A DNA stretch of 64,000 bases from Bugula neritina (lineage: Eukaryota > Animalia > Bryozoa): positions 6,458,698 through 6,522,697 of the forward strand of contig OZ037765.1 in the NCBI GenBank assembly GCA_964035545.1, in the 5' to 3' direction. Position 1 is the first letter of the stretch, and each line of letters begins with the position of its first letter. Below are positions 23,333 to 36,000 of this stretch, piece after piece. The notes beneath the pieces are model-generated. The model saw nothing but the letters and a program-made list of their open reading frames with translations. It did no database searches and was not told the DNA's origin. Position numbers and translations under genes: made by a program.

Positions 23333-26300
23333 TTAATATCTTCCCGGGTTCTCTTCGTTCGATTGGCCACAAAATACAGCAAATGGATCTGTTATTCGTA
23401 ACATCTGACAGAGCAATGTTGTTTGAGGATTCACCTGGTGACCAAAGAAGAAAAACATGTATAAGATGTTCAATATTTCACAACAAACACACTGACAGGC
23501 CCTGAACCACAGCGTTATCAACCATCAACAATCAATTAACTTGTATTATAATATTATTGTGTTTGTATATTGAAAAATGGTTAAAATGTTGTTGTATGGG
23601 GTTTTTAACTTCAATGTAGTTGTCTCTTCTCGCTGCTGCGTGTATAAGAGGGCGCACAACTCTGTGATATTTGCATCAACAGAGATATAGTGAGTGTGAC
23701 ATATCTAAAAAAAGTGTGTATTAGAGAGATGGAGAAGATTGAGCCTGAGCTAACTCAAAGGCTACAACAAATATATCATTCCGTGAGTTTAAAATAACTC
23801 TAGACCGTGGATTTCCGTCATAGCAATGTTACATGTTACATTGATTTTATGGGGACGAAAAGTGTAATGAATTACCCGACACATAGGTTGCCTTCCTTTT
23901 CTTATGTCGCTGGTGCCATTATATGGCTGTACAGTGATTTGAAAATTTTGAGGTAGAGTCAGATCACCACCAAAATCCTCCAGAAGTCTAGTAATCTCAG
24001 CGTCTGTCACCTTGAAGTCATATCTATAACAAAATTCCATTCAAAGCACTCATCTATGTAACCATTTTCTTTCAATATAAATAATACAAATATATAAATA
24101 CACTCGTATATTGTAAATTAAGCTGCAGAAATATTACCCAAGCAAACTTTCCAATATATTTGTGAAATATGTAGCATATTAGGTTGCACCATGAAAAACA
24201 TTTTTTGAAAAAGCTGAAAAAATAATTGCTTTCAAGTCTAAACAAAAAGAGCAGTGCTTTTCATAAACAAGGAATTTTTTCTGTACCTTTCTTCGCCTCC
24301 AACACGCGGCATGTATCTGACAGAATCATTAATGTTAAGCAAATGATTTGTATTTTTCAATATAACCAGCCATTCAGCATCAAGTTGTATTTTGTAAGGA
24401 GGCTCCATTGAACTTGGTAAGTCCAACACCTACATAAAATATTGTCAGCTTGTATAATAAATTTCAAAATTCAAATATAATTACTACCAAAAAATAAACA
24501 AACACATTTTCACACAATAAACATTACAAGTATATTATATACACCTGTAAGAAGTCTCTCATGGGTAAACATTTGTCAAGAGCCAGAAATTTGGTTATTT
24601 TGTTTTCTCCCTCTCCCTACAGATCAGAACAGAAACAAGCTTTCATCATATGAGAGAAAAAGTTATTGGTAAAAAATATAGTCCATGTAATTGAAGGCCA
24701 AAATTGTCACATCTATTATAGTACAAGGATAAGGTGGGTGAAAACACTGAAAACTGGCTTCAAAAGCTGATGACTATGTGAAGTTTTCTGACCACAAGAT
24801 ACTTTTCCAGAAAGAGAGTTACCTAAGTGAAACAGGTTGAGAGTTAAAGCTGATTACATGGCAGTTGCTAGTGTTGCAGCTATAATGCTTTCAGATTTAT
24901 AGGCTCATCTTATCTTAATATTATTTATGACACAGATGACTCAAAAGCCAAATGACACAGACATCTACGGACATCCCTTGACAGAAGCTGCCAGTATGCT
25001 AAACTAACAAATTTAAGAAAATATCTAACATGAATTTTGGTAATGGCAATCACTATAAGCATGTAATCAGGCATCAAATAGAAAAAACATAGATAGCACT
25101 TTCTATCTAAATAACATTTCCCATTTACTAGTGTAAACACTAGTTATCACAATGTAGCACCAAGGTGAGAGGTTGTCTACGCATACCCGGTGTTTGATGA
25201 CTGCAGGGTATTTACAATGCAGGTGGGCAGAAAACCAGTACTTGGGCTTTATGTGGGTTAAAACCTCTTGAGCAGCTGGACTTCCTAAAGTTTTTTGCAT
25301 TATGGAATCTTTGAGGTGAGGCTTGCTGATAAAATAAATTGATAAAAACACACAATAATGTTTAAGTTTTAAATTGAACACAAACATGTATAATGGTGAT
25401 TAAAAAACACTCACAAACGGCACAAATGCTCCACATCTCCAGCATAAACGGCATGTAATGGCCAATCATGGCTCAGCATTATATCTACATCTTTATACAC
25501 CTACAAAATACAACATTTTTATAACAGCTAAACATCATCAGAAATTTCTTACAAGTAGTAAATAGGGAATCAGTAAATTCAATATTTCAAATCTGAATTT
25601 ATTCCATTTAGTTAAAGATTAAGGCTTTTCAAGTCTAAAATAAATCAATAAAATTCCGTTTAAGTTATTTGACAAGATTTAAAAAATTAGATAAGTTTCA
25701 AGCATAAGAGTTTTATTTGACTGCTAATGAAAAAGAGTAAATACTGATAAAATAATTAAAGCTAAAAAAACATGTTGTATTTCTAAACTAGTAAAGCTGG
25801 TGCAAATTTTACATGTCTCTACAGAAAATAAAAACTTTAAATTTTCATTCTTGTTTAGTATAAGCTATGCAAAGTACTGCAACTCAAGTTTAGAAGTATG
25901 AAGTTTAACGAATCAATAAAAGTTGTCTATTAAGTAAAACGGAACTGTTTGCTTACTCTGCTGACAAAACATAAATTCATTGGTTTCAATTCTAATAGTA
26001 TTACAGAATGACTCACCTGTTTCAACCGAAACACTTCAAGAGATCTAGTGTGGTTGCAAGACCTCATTGCAGAATCTGTATATGGTGGCTTTTCAAAATG
26101 ACCTGAACAAATATAAGTAAAGAACTGAAAATAAATACTTACTATAGTTTATTCTCTAGCAAAATAGTTTATTTAAAAAAGAAATATATTTTATAAGCAC
26201 CAAAAGACTAGATACTCTAAATTATGCTTAATATAATTATATAAAATTTACCTCCTTAAAGTAAAGTATGTTAAACGCAGAAAGTAACATTACAAACCAA

Positions 26301-27658
26301 TGAATCTAAAGACTGAATCAGAGAGCACATATTCAATTTTTATAGTGAATCTCAAACTTTTCAAAAAAATCAAAAAATGCTCCTTTACATATATGGTGTG
26401 CTTTTTAGATCTCCTTAGAAACATATTATGAACAACAGAAACATTAAATTACAATGTTGACATATATGTACTAAACCAATATTGTAGGTTAACAACTTTC
26501 AATCTATTTATCAATTCCTTGAAATTCTTTATTATTGCAACACATGCAGTAACAACTGTATACATGCACATACACATGCAATGTTATCAAGCACAGTGGA
26601 ACAATACCTTTATGGTAATCACAGCCTTTGTAAATTCCAGATATACCTCCAATTCTCAAACCACCGACATTAACTATTCCTGCATAACCTGCAAGTTGTT
26701 TTAGTATTATATTAATATCTATTAATAAATCATACTGCTACAGTTTCATACAAGAACTTCCTACCTTTATAGAATTGGGAAAAGCATTAGAAAGACAAGG
26801 GTTATCGACACATATTCTTCTAGTCTTCTATAATAGCCTCTAATTTCTTATAGCTAACAGCTCAAACATCGTACAACCTTAGTTAGAAAACATATTATTC
26901 TTACAAAACAACTCGTGTTTTTTTCTTTACAACCAACGGGTGTTACATTTTCAAAATAAATCTACCAGAAAAGCTTTTGAGTAAATTCAAACAACAGTTG
27001 AAAAATGAAACACGCTGGCTAGGGATGCTGTATTGCACTGAGCAAAACATTTCCTCCCATTCACTTATATTTTGGTAGAATGAGTTTGAAACTTTGATGG
27101 TATTTTTGCAGCATCTTTAAAGAGACATACTATATTGAAGACAGAACATATGTAGATAAGCACTTAAAATAAGCAAAAACAAGAAAAGGTTTTTTGCATG
27201 GCACTGCTGAAATTTATCAATCAAGTTACGAAGTTTTCATACCCAAGTAATAGATATTTGGAGCTAACCAGCCTCCATATGGTAACTCCTGCATGTAATT
27301 TGAAGCCTCATGATTTCCACCAATAACGATAGTCAAGATTGGTGCTTTCTTCTCTCCTTTATAATACCTTTCAAACAACAATAAATAAGTCAATATAGGA
27401 TACAACTTGGCTGAAACTGGAGCAATTTTAAAATTACAGAGTGAGCAATACATGTATTTACTTGTAGAAATATTTCATGTCTTGGTACTGAGCAGGAACA
27501 GCCATGCACGCCAGGTCATCAGGATTTCTAGTTGCTTCAAAATCTCCACACATTAATAATAAATCGATTTTTGTATTTTCCAAATGCTGAATATGTTCAA
27601 GAACATCATAAATAATCTCAAGTTCGTCATGGCAACATCCCTCAACTGCTATCCTCAT
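23333..27658 (-). CDS. DBR1: Lariat debranching enzyme paralog B, C-terminally truncated (10 exons, ends EENPGRY*)
   Basis: Same exon structure and splice sites as copy A, with all metal-binding motifs intact. A 1-nt insertion (AAC CCG GGA AGA TAT TAA versus AAT CCC GAA GAG ATT AAT in A) and the duplication breakpoint near 23320 remove the acidic tail and KRRN exon. Functional status uncertain. Confidence 0.8.
23590..23825. mobile_element. Probable solo LTR (236 bp) in a DBR1-B intron
   Basis: TG...CA termini, 4-bp TSD ATGT (23586-23589, 23826-23829), internal TATAAG; absent from the homologous copy-A intron. Confidence 0.55.
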
Positions 27659-28979
27659 ACTGGTTTTCTCAGTGTTGAAAGAATGTTAAAATATCCAGTT
27701 TCTACAATTATAATATAAATTAAAAACAATAGTAAGTGTATTTATAACACACTTATTGAAATAGTAATATATACGGCATTAACACTTTGCATAGAACTGT
27801 TATTGTTATGGCTAATGCTTTAAAAAATGGATTGCCAGCTTACAGTGATCCTGAAAACAAATCAAATTACAACTAAAAGTTATAAAGTATTTGATCAGTC
27901 TTTGATCAGTTTTAATGACAAATGATTACAAATTCCAGTTATAATTCTGTCAAGTTACACAATTATGTAGGTGTCACTCACCAGTTAGTGAAGTTCTAAG
28001 TAAGCCCTTACATTAAGGGTTATCTAGGCTGGTTATAGCTATAATACTTAATAGCTATATGGCTATATATTATGGCTATTGTTAAGCTCTACAGCTTCTA
28101 GTACACGGTTATAACCTTATACACATATGCACAACAACCCTTCACTACAGGAAACTTAAAAGTAAATTTAACTACAGTGCATAAGAATTGAAACTTTCAA
28201 GTTTGGTCTTAGCATTAGCAGGACAAGAGCATAAAGTAACACACGAAAAATGATGCATTCTTCAAACTTGTTTCTAAGCACACAAAAAACATTATATTTC
28301 CATTATTTTTACGGGATTGTCTCCTCGACAGACCAACCATTCCCATCTAAACAATATAAATAGTATAATTATTTTAGGTACCATTATGGTGGTATATTGA
28401 CAAAATAACACTATTTGGTAACTTGGTAACAATTTATAATATTATATTCAAAACTAAGCATAATTATATACAATTACACATATTGGATAATATAATTTCA
28501 AATATTTCCAGTCAAATTTTGAGTTGAGCATTTGCTAGTTTAATAGTAGTTCAACTAGGTATAAGGGTAGAAATAGCATAGTTAAAGTTTAGATTTCTCC
28601 TACAAGAGTTTCAGATTGTATACATAATATAATGACATTGAAATGCAGTCTTTCCATAGTTTATTATGAAAAAGAAATTTATGAATAGTTGTAATGCAAT
28701 ATACTCATATTTACTCAATAATTTTTGTGAACATGAGCTTTCTAGCATTTATTCCAATCAGAAGTACATGAAATGTTTGGGTTTACATTTGCATGACTCA
28801 CACATTCACCAACAAGTGTTTGCCAAAAAAATGTGAAGAGCTATGACATGGCAATAAATTTGAGAAAAAAGCATGATAACAAATTTATAAGAAAAAAAAC
28901 AAAACAGGTATAAATGCCCAGAGATGCAGTGCTAAAATCTACAAATGTCAACATTCCACAGCTATAAAATACAAGACTT

Positions 28980-30571
28980 TCATAGCATTTCTTTAGTATT
29001 GACTGGAATCTTAGGATAAGAGTGTGGAGGAAGATTCAATCCTTGATCAACCTGGTACTGTTTGGATAATTCACAAAAACCCTACAACAAGCAATATATA
29101 ATCATAATGAATAGAATAAACTTTCATATCTAATTGGCATGTAACATTCATTAATCACATATATTAGTATTAGTATTATTAGTGAATGACTTTTATTTAA
29201 AAATATATTCACAAATTTATTTACTTTGGAAAGAATTAAATAATTTTGATAGCTTCTTATGAATAAAACAACTTCAAAAAAAAGAATTCCCCCCATGTTA
29301 TCACTTGGGCAAGATACTGAAAAATACCTAATATATATAGTAAGGTTAGCCTAATAGATATGGGCTGGAGCAGCCGTGGTTGGTCTAGGCCCTAGGGGTT
29401 AGAGCGTTTGCCTAGTAAGCACAAAGTCATGGGTTCGAACCCTGACAAAGGCCATTGGTGATGTTAGGAAGAGCATCCAGTCATAATTGCTCCTGTGCCT
29501 CATCTAAATAAGTCCTTAGCCCTCTTTAACATAAACCCTTTTCATCAAGGGTTTCTCACAGGAATAGCGACTGTAAACTTGCGTGAGTTTTTTTGATAGA
29601 TAAGGGCTCATTCTACAGTGAGCAGATGCCAAAAGTGTTTAAACCTTACAAACAGCATCGTTTAACTTTAAAACAATGCATTATTCAGTGTGGCACCAGA
29701 TAACTTTAACTTTAGATGTTGGCAGTTTATAAAACTATGATACTCACAGCAAAGGTTCTAGGCTCATATATGGCTATATCTTGCAACACTTTTCTGTTTA
29801 ATAGAATGTTCATCTAAAATATTGGCATTAATAAATTAATTAGTTAATAGATTAGGGAAAAGAAATCACAGAGCTGCATGAAAAGTAAAATTTTCTCTAG
29901 CTTAGTGTGCAGCATTTACACACTATTATGATGAAAATGAAACATATATAACCAAACTCTTCCTGGTGGCCTTACATACCCTTCTCAAACCATCCCACAA
30001 ATATCTAAATGGTATTCCATGTTCTTCAGCAGCTGCTTCTAGCCTCAGGTTATAGAGCTGTGCAAATAAACACATTAATTAGCTGCGGCAAAGTATAAAA
30101 TATGAAAAACAGTTGACGGAAATACATATACCCATTTCATTCTAGGTATTTTATCAATGTATTCTCTAGTTTTATTTCGAACCATATGCTGAAAAAGCTA
30201 CATGAAGTATTTTACTAACATCAAAAGCTTGATTTATTTTTTTAATTATGTTTAGTAACAGCTTGCAGGAAAAATATTACAAACTTATAACATTGAAATT
30301 CACTTAAAAAATAAAACATGAATTTATTGAAGCTAAATTCGCCCACTTTTTTAATTTGGAGAAGCAAAAGAACAAGAATTTTGCCCAGTTATGCAAATCT
30401 GAAGACATTAAAAGCACTGCTAAAAATAGTTTTACAGGATTTTGATGCATAGCTGCTTACCTCTTTAAAATCTAGCACTTTATTCTTTCTTGCTACTCTT
30501 GTATATTGCATTGATTTTAGTTGATAACCTTGGCCAACAACATAACAGTTTCTACTTCTACCCTCATACCT
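28980..30571 (-). CDS. MRPL20: Mitochondrial ribosomal protein L20 (bL20m); four exons found, first coding exon not located
   Basis: Exons 30571-30461 (RYEGRSRNCY...KNKVLDFKE), 30057-29980 (LYNLRLEAAAEEHGIPF), 29813-29748 (LLNRKVLQDIAIYEPRTF) and 29081-28980 (GFCELSK...EML*). Matches human HFRGRKNRCY, RITAASQEHG and LNRKVLADLAIYEPKTF. Confidence 0.9.
29367..29595 (+). mobile_element. tRNA-derived SINE in the last MRPL20 intron
   Basis: A-box-like GGTCTAGG..GGTTAGAGCG, B-box GGGTTCGAACCC, T-rich end; 13-bp TSD ATAGATATGGGCT (29354-29366) and ATAGATAAGGGCT (29596-29608). Confidence 0.8.
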
Positions 30572-30669
30572 CTACAACCATTTAAATCACAATAAAAAAC
30601 AGGCATTACTTGCTGCAAGTTAAGCTCAGGGTTTGCTTATAATTCTTGATATTTCATATCAACAATTTG

Positions 30670-30736
30670 CTCCCTTGGAAATGAGCCACAGTGCTCCAAC
30701 TTGCAAGTCAGGGTGCTACCCATTACACTATAGGGA
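30670..30736 (-). mobile_element. Degenerate tRNA-like sequence (SINE head or tRNA pseudogene)
   Basis: TCCCTATAGTGTAATGGGTAGCAC (A-box), CTGACT-TGCA-AGTTGG arm, decayed B-box GGCTCATTTCC, closing AGGGAG; too degenerate to be a functional tRNA. Confidence 0.4.
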
Positions 30737-32303
30737 TTATTAGTATTATACATGATAACATAATTAGAGCTTTGATATTTGGTCAACTTACACCCCTTAA
30801 AGAAGTTGTGTAAAAACTAACGAGGACATAAAAAATTGTGGACACAATGACAATATTCACTATAAATATAATATTGAATATTCTGGTTGCTAGACTTTAT
30901 TTTCATTGTTTCAGTTTGTGCTCATTCACAAACATTAAATGTGATTTAATGGAAAGTTTAAGTAAAGCTATAAAACAGAAAAAAGTAAATGTAAAAGTTC
31001 AACACTAAAACTAAAAATAAAGTAATACTAATTGTAAAACTAAAAGGTACTGCACCGCGTTGAGACGAAAAGTTTGAAGTCTTTTATAAATTCTGGGAGG
31101 ACCAGGTATTTTTCTTAGAAGGCAAGCCGAAAGCTGCACCATGATGACAATGAATCAAAAAGAATTTCACTGTTTTTCCTCAGAATCTCAATATTAGTAT
31201 CCTTTTGCTTAAATTGAAACTTGTACTTGCCAATGAGAACAAAAATTATGAACTTGATCAAGTTCACATTGAAAGTGACATTGTCATTAGCAGAGTACGA
31301 ATAAAACGATGTTAGAGAAATATTAAGGGGGATAGTCTCAATTCTTGTGATAACCCGTAACAGTTTTCTTTAGACCAGCTTGTAATGCGATCAAAGCCTA
31401 ATGCCAATGCCGAAAACAGCGAGTACGTCTCAGCAGATCAGAGCAGCAATTCTGAGTGATAGATCAATATGAATATGTACCTTTGTCCTTTACTTTTAGT
31501 GCAACAATTATCCTTATCAACACTCAATCACAATGATTATTCGTATAAATTATAAATTTTGTTTTTATTATCATTGTTATTGTAAATTGAGTAAAAAATT
31601 TAACAATTATTATTAATTATAATATTATTTTACCTACTTAAAAAGTACCCTCAACCTGTTTTAGTTTATTGATAATCATAAAGATAATGGCATTTTCATT
31701 TTGTTTTAGCAAAAATATTCAGCTCAGTTGAAAACTTTTAAACTCTCAGTCACTCTGACTCAGTCAGTCTAAGTCTTAGCGATAGTCTATGACTCTATTG
31801 AGTATTGACTATCACTCTCAGACTCAATACTACTCATTAGTCATTACTCATTAGTCATTACTGATTACTCATTAGTCATTAATCATTAGATTTACTTTTA
31901 GTATGACTATGACTATCAACATAAACATGATTATCAGTATCACAATGGCCATGGGTATTTAATTTTAATCAGTTAATGTTAATGGTAATCTAATTGTTAT
32001 TGTATGATCATGATGATCATAATCATAATCTATTTAATTTTATAAATAAATCTGTTTTATTTAATGATAATTTTGATGGTAATTTAATGTCAATGTTATT
32101 CATATTGAATATTGAATAATGATGAATATTATAATTATTTGCAAAGGTTATTTAATTACTTGAAGTTATTCATAATGACTTATACTTATAGTTATTTGTT
32201 ATAATAATAATGCCAGAGTTTTAGAAACTATGTCTATTTAAACTGTTGATCCTCTGCTCCATAGTTTCAATTTTAACTTGAAGTTTTCGTTTGTATTACA
32301 TTA

Positions 32304-32744
32304 AGTGTAGGGCCACACGACACGTTTTACACGCGAGTGACGTGCAAGAAAACCCGTTTAGCCCAAAAATGGGATGTCGTGTGCAAGATTTTCATGCGTC
32401 TAACATGCTGAGTGAGAAGTACGGCAACCTCGTGTGTGTTTGATCTAATTGGCTTATTATCATTTAGCGAGCACACTTTTTTATTTTAATTTACGTTTTA
32501 GCTTTTAGCAAACTGAATTAAAATGGTTTCATACAGTTTGCATTTTCGCTTTTATGATATATAAAGTCATTTTGTCGATAGCGTAGTTTAAAAACAAACG
32601 CCTGTAGGCGAGCAGTAAAGTTTAACGCTAACATCATTCGGTAAAAAATTTCCTCACTCACAACACATGCATTGTGTGTGGCATGTCTGAACGGGTTTTC
32701 TTGCACATCACGAACGTGTAAAATGCGTCGTGTGGCCCTACGCT
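32304..32744. mobile_element. MITE with about 55-bp imperfect terminal inverted repeats
   Basis: Left end AGTGTAGGGCCACACGACACGTTTTACACG..GTGCAAGAAAACCCGTT is mirrored at the right end; flanked by TA on both sides (TA versus TWA target is ambiguous). Confidence 0.85.
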
Positions 32745-33099
32745 TACTGTTTACCTAGTAACAGGAGAACAATTGGTATGCTGATTCATTGTTACAAATA
32801 CAAGTAGAATTATAATATTTCCATCGGCGTTCGTTGTTTTAAAAATTATGTACTTTATTTTTATCTACCTATGTGAAACCAGTGAGTGTCATCTTCAGTA
32901 CAATCTTTGAGCGATTGCACTTTATCATTATATTGTTTTACTTAAGTTTGGTCAGTTACATAACCAATTTTATTGTCTAGTATCTGCGTAAAAATTATAT
33001 TTTATCAACTGCTATTTCTGCCATACTTGAGAATTGTGTAGTTGAATGTAAAAGTAACAGTTGTCTCACCTTTCAGTTATGTGATAGAAGTTTGTGACC

Positions 33100-36000
33100 A
33101 TGTCATCCAGTGATACTCAATGGATACAGTCAGCACACAATGTCTTAGCTGCTAGTGACTCAGCTATGCACGTTGATGAAATTGAGAAAGTCATCAGGTC
33201 TTCCAAAATGGTGCCTGAAGGGTAAGCCTCTAATGTAGTGGTTTATATATTCGGTTCATATACTTATTACTTTAAACTTCAGCCATAGTCCTATACAGTT
33301 TATTGGAATTAGGCAGCATTTTTACATTTCACATGTAAATATTTGTGTCTAGTTTTTTTCTTTTTTGTTTTTCAGGCCTAGCATGTCATTAGAGGTTCTG
33401 TTAACTAAAGAGGTTAGTATACTGAATACTTTCTAAATAAAATGTATCCATGAATTGTTTGTGCTATAATTTTCCATCAATATTATACATTTGGTCTGTT
33501 TTAGGCAGCAATGGGGCGGAAGTTCACTAAACCCGAGGGTGCTTCTACTGGTTTCTTCAGTTTGCTGGTAAATATGAAGAAGATTTAAGTTGATTTATTA
33601 ACGAAATTTATTTACATAAAATTATAGTAAGTTTTTTATCTCGTGAATCAATTCAAGTTCTGTTGGTAGTGAAGTTAGACTATTGTTTATGTTTGCTCTT
33701 ACACGAGTGTGTAGTGTTTGTGTACCTGTAATACAGACAACACAGGCCACCTCTGGTGAGATGCAGAGTTGTTCCCCCTCGCAGACAGAAAAACAGTCTG
33801 AATTGACCTCTCAGACAGACACTGCTCTATCGTCAGGCATCAAGTACCAGTATAAGTATAACCAGTTGAAGAAAACGTGTAAACAGCTCATCTATGTGAG
33901 TCTCGTATTTTATATTGCTGAGCTTTTGTCAAATTCTATATTCCTCGACGACGAAACGTTACCTGCATTTCCTTGATATCTTGTAGCTGAATGCTGCTTT
34001 GTATGATGAAATAAGTCGCTTGGAGCAAAAGATTGAATCCACCTCATCAGAGCGCAAGTAATTTCCTATTCTAGTAGATTTCTACTAACATTTGAACTTA
34101 GATTTAAGTGAAAACGTATTTAGCCTATGAGTGTACATTGTAGTATAACTTGATAGTTAACACTAATACTGAGTGATGGCGTTATCAAAGTGCATGTTGA
34201 TATAATGAGTTTGAATCGCTGTTATGTTGAACACATGGGTGTGTTTTTCACTCACTCTCATATCTATGCCTCTGGTCTCAGGGCACTGCTGAAAAAAGTC
34301 ATGGCCGATCAGAACATAGTGAATCATAATGCCAAGAGCAGTGGACCACAGTCTATGCCTGTTGCTGACTCTAGTAGCTCTGCTAAGACTAAAACTGGAA
34401 AGAAGAAGAATTTATCTTCTCTCTCGCCGCCTGCTAAAAAGAGGAAGATTTCTGGCGAGACAGTCTCAGAAGAAGAGAATCCAACTGGTTAGTGTCACTA
34501 ATAGGTATTTGTATATTATATAAATATATTTACATGTACAACAATATACATATGTGTGTAGTGTAGATATATTATATACATAGTGCAGCATACTTGCATA
34601 TTATGGGATGCAAGTATGTGAAAATCCTATATATTTTGTGTAATTGAAATTAATATTCTAGAACTACACACAGCCTCTCCATTTGTTGCTTTAAACTAAC
34701 ACTGGATTATTGTTTCTAAGAAAATGTGTTAAAATATTTTTTATTTTCATATGTAAATTTATAATCTATGCCATACCATACTATACCATACTATATCATA
34801 TTACACTATACCATACATACCATACTATACTATATTATATTACACTATACCATACTATACTATACCATACTATATTATATTACAGTATACGATATAATAC
34901 TATACTATACCATGCTATACTATACCATCCTATACTATACTATACTATATTATATTACACTATTGACTATATCATACTATACCATCCTATATTATATTAC
35001 ACTATACCGTACTATACTATACTCTACCATATAATACTATACTATACCATACTATACTATACTAATAATTTGTTCTGTAATTGCAGCATCTGCTACTACT
35101 TCTAAGAAATCTCAAAAGAAATCAAAGGAAGATTCCAGAATTGCTAACTCTATAAAAATTCCATCAATTTCGTTAGATTCTTCTGGACGACCAATTCTGC
35201 CGATTGAGTTGGCTGCTGGCCTTACCATATACAGCATTGGGGAGGTAATTTCACAGTACATACTTCCAAGGCTATTTTTAATTTTAGCCAAAAATTTTTG
35301 AGCAGGATTTATCTCAAAAAGCTTTTCTTAGCATGTTAAATGAAAAAGACTAGATATTTCCTTATTTTTCCTCCATTTGCATGAGTAGGCCGCTGTGTGC
35401 AAGGAATCTTAAAAGCAATTGTAATTTCGTCTGAGGTGAAATATAGCAACACTTTGCAATGATTGTTGTCTAATTAATTCTAAACATATATAAAAATGCT
35501 TTCAGTTTTAACAGTTATAAGTTGTTTTTGGCCAATTGAGAACACAGTATTAATATTATGTTAATAACTAATAAAATTTGTTCTTTTTAAATCACTTCAG
35601 CTCTTCAAAGTTAAGTGATCACTTATACAATAATATTGTTGACTGCTTTCCAATATATATTATAATATGATATATATATATATAGTAATGTAATGTATAT
35701 AATAATGCAATATATATAATATATATAACGGTACAATATATAATAATGCCATATATATGATAATTCAATATATATAGTAATATAATATATATAATAATGT
35801 AATGTATATAATAATTTAATATATATAGTAATATAATATATATAGTAATGTAATGTATATAATAATTTAATATATATAATAATATAAAATAGTGTGTATT
35901 CAAGTATATACTTAAAATTAGCAGTTGTTGCTTCATGATGAGACTGGTATAAAATACCCAAATACTTCAATCAAATCTGTGTGAAAAATTACAATGTACA

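Noticed and set aside
29367-29450. Functional tRNA gene
   Set aside because: A/B boxes are present but there is no proper cloverleaf; it continues into a body with a T-rich tail and TSD, so it is a SINE.
34710-35970. Tyr/Ile-rich ORFs in TBRG1 introns
   Set aside because: Translations of microsatellites.
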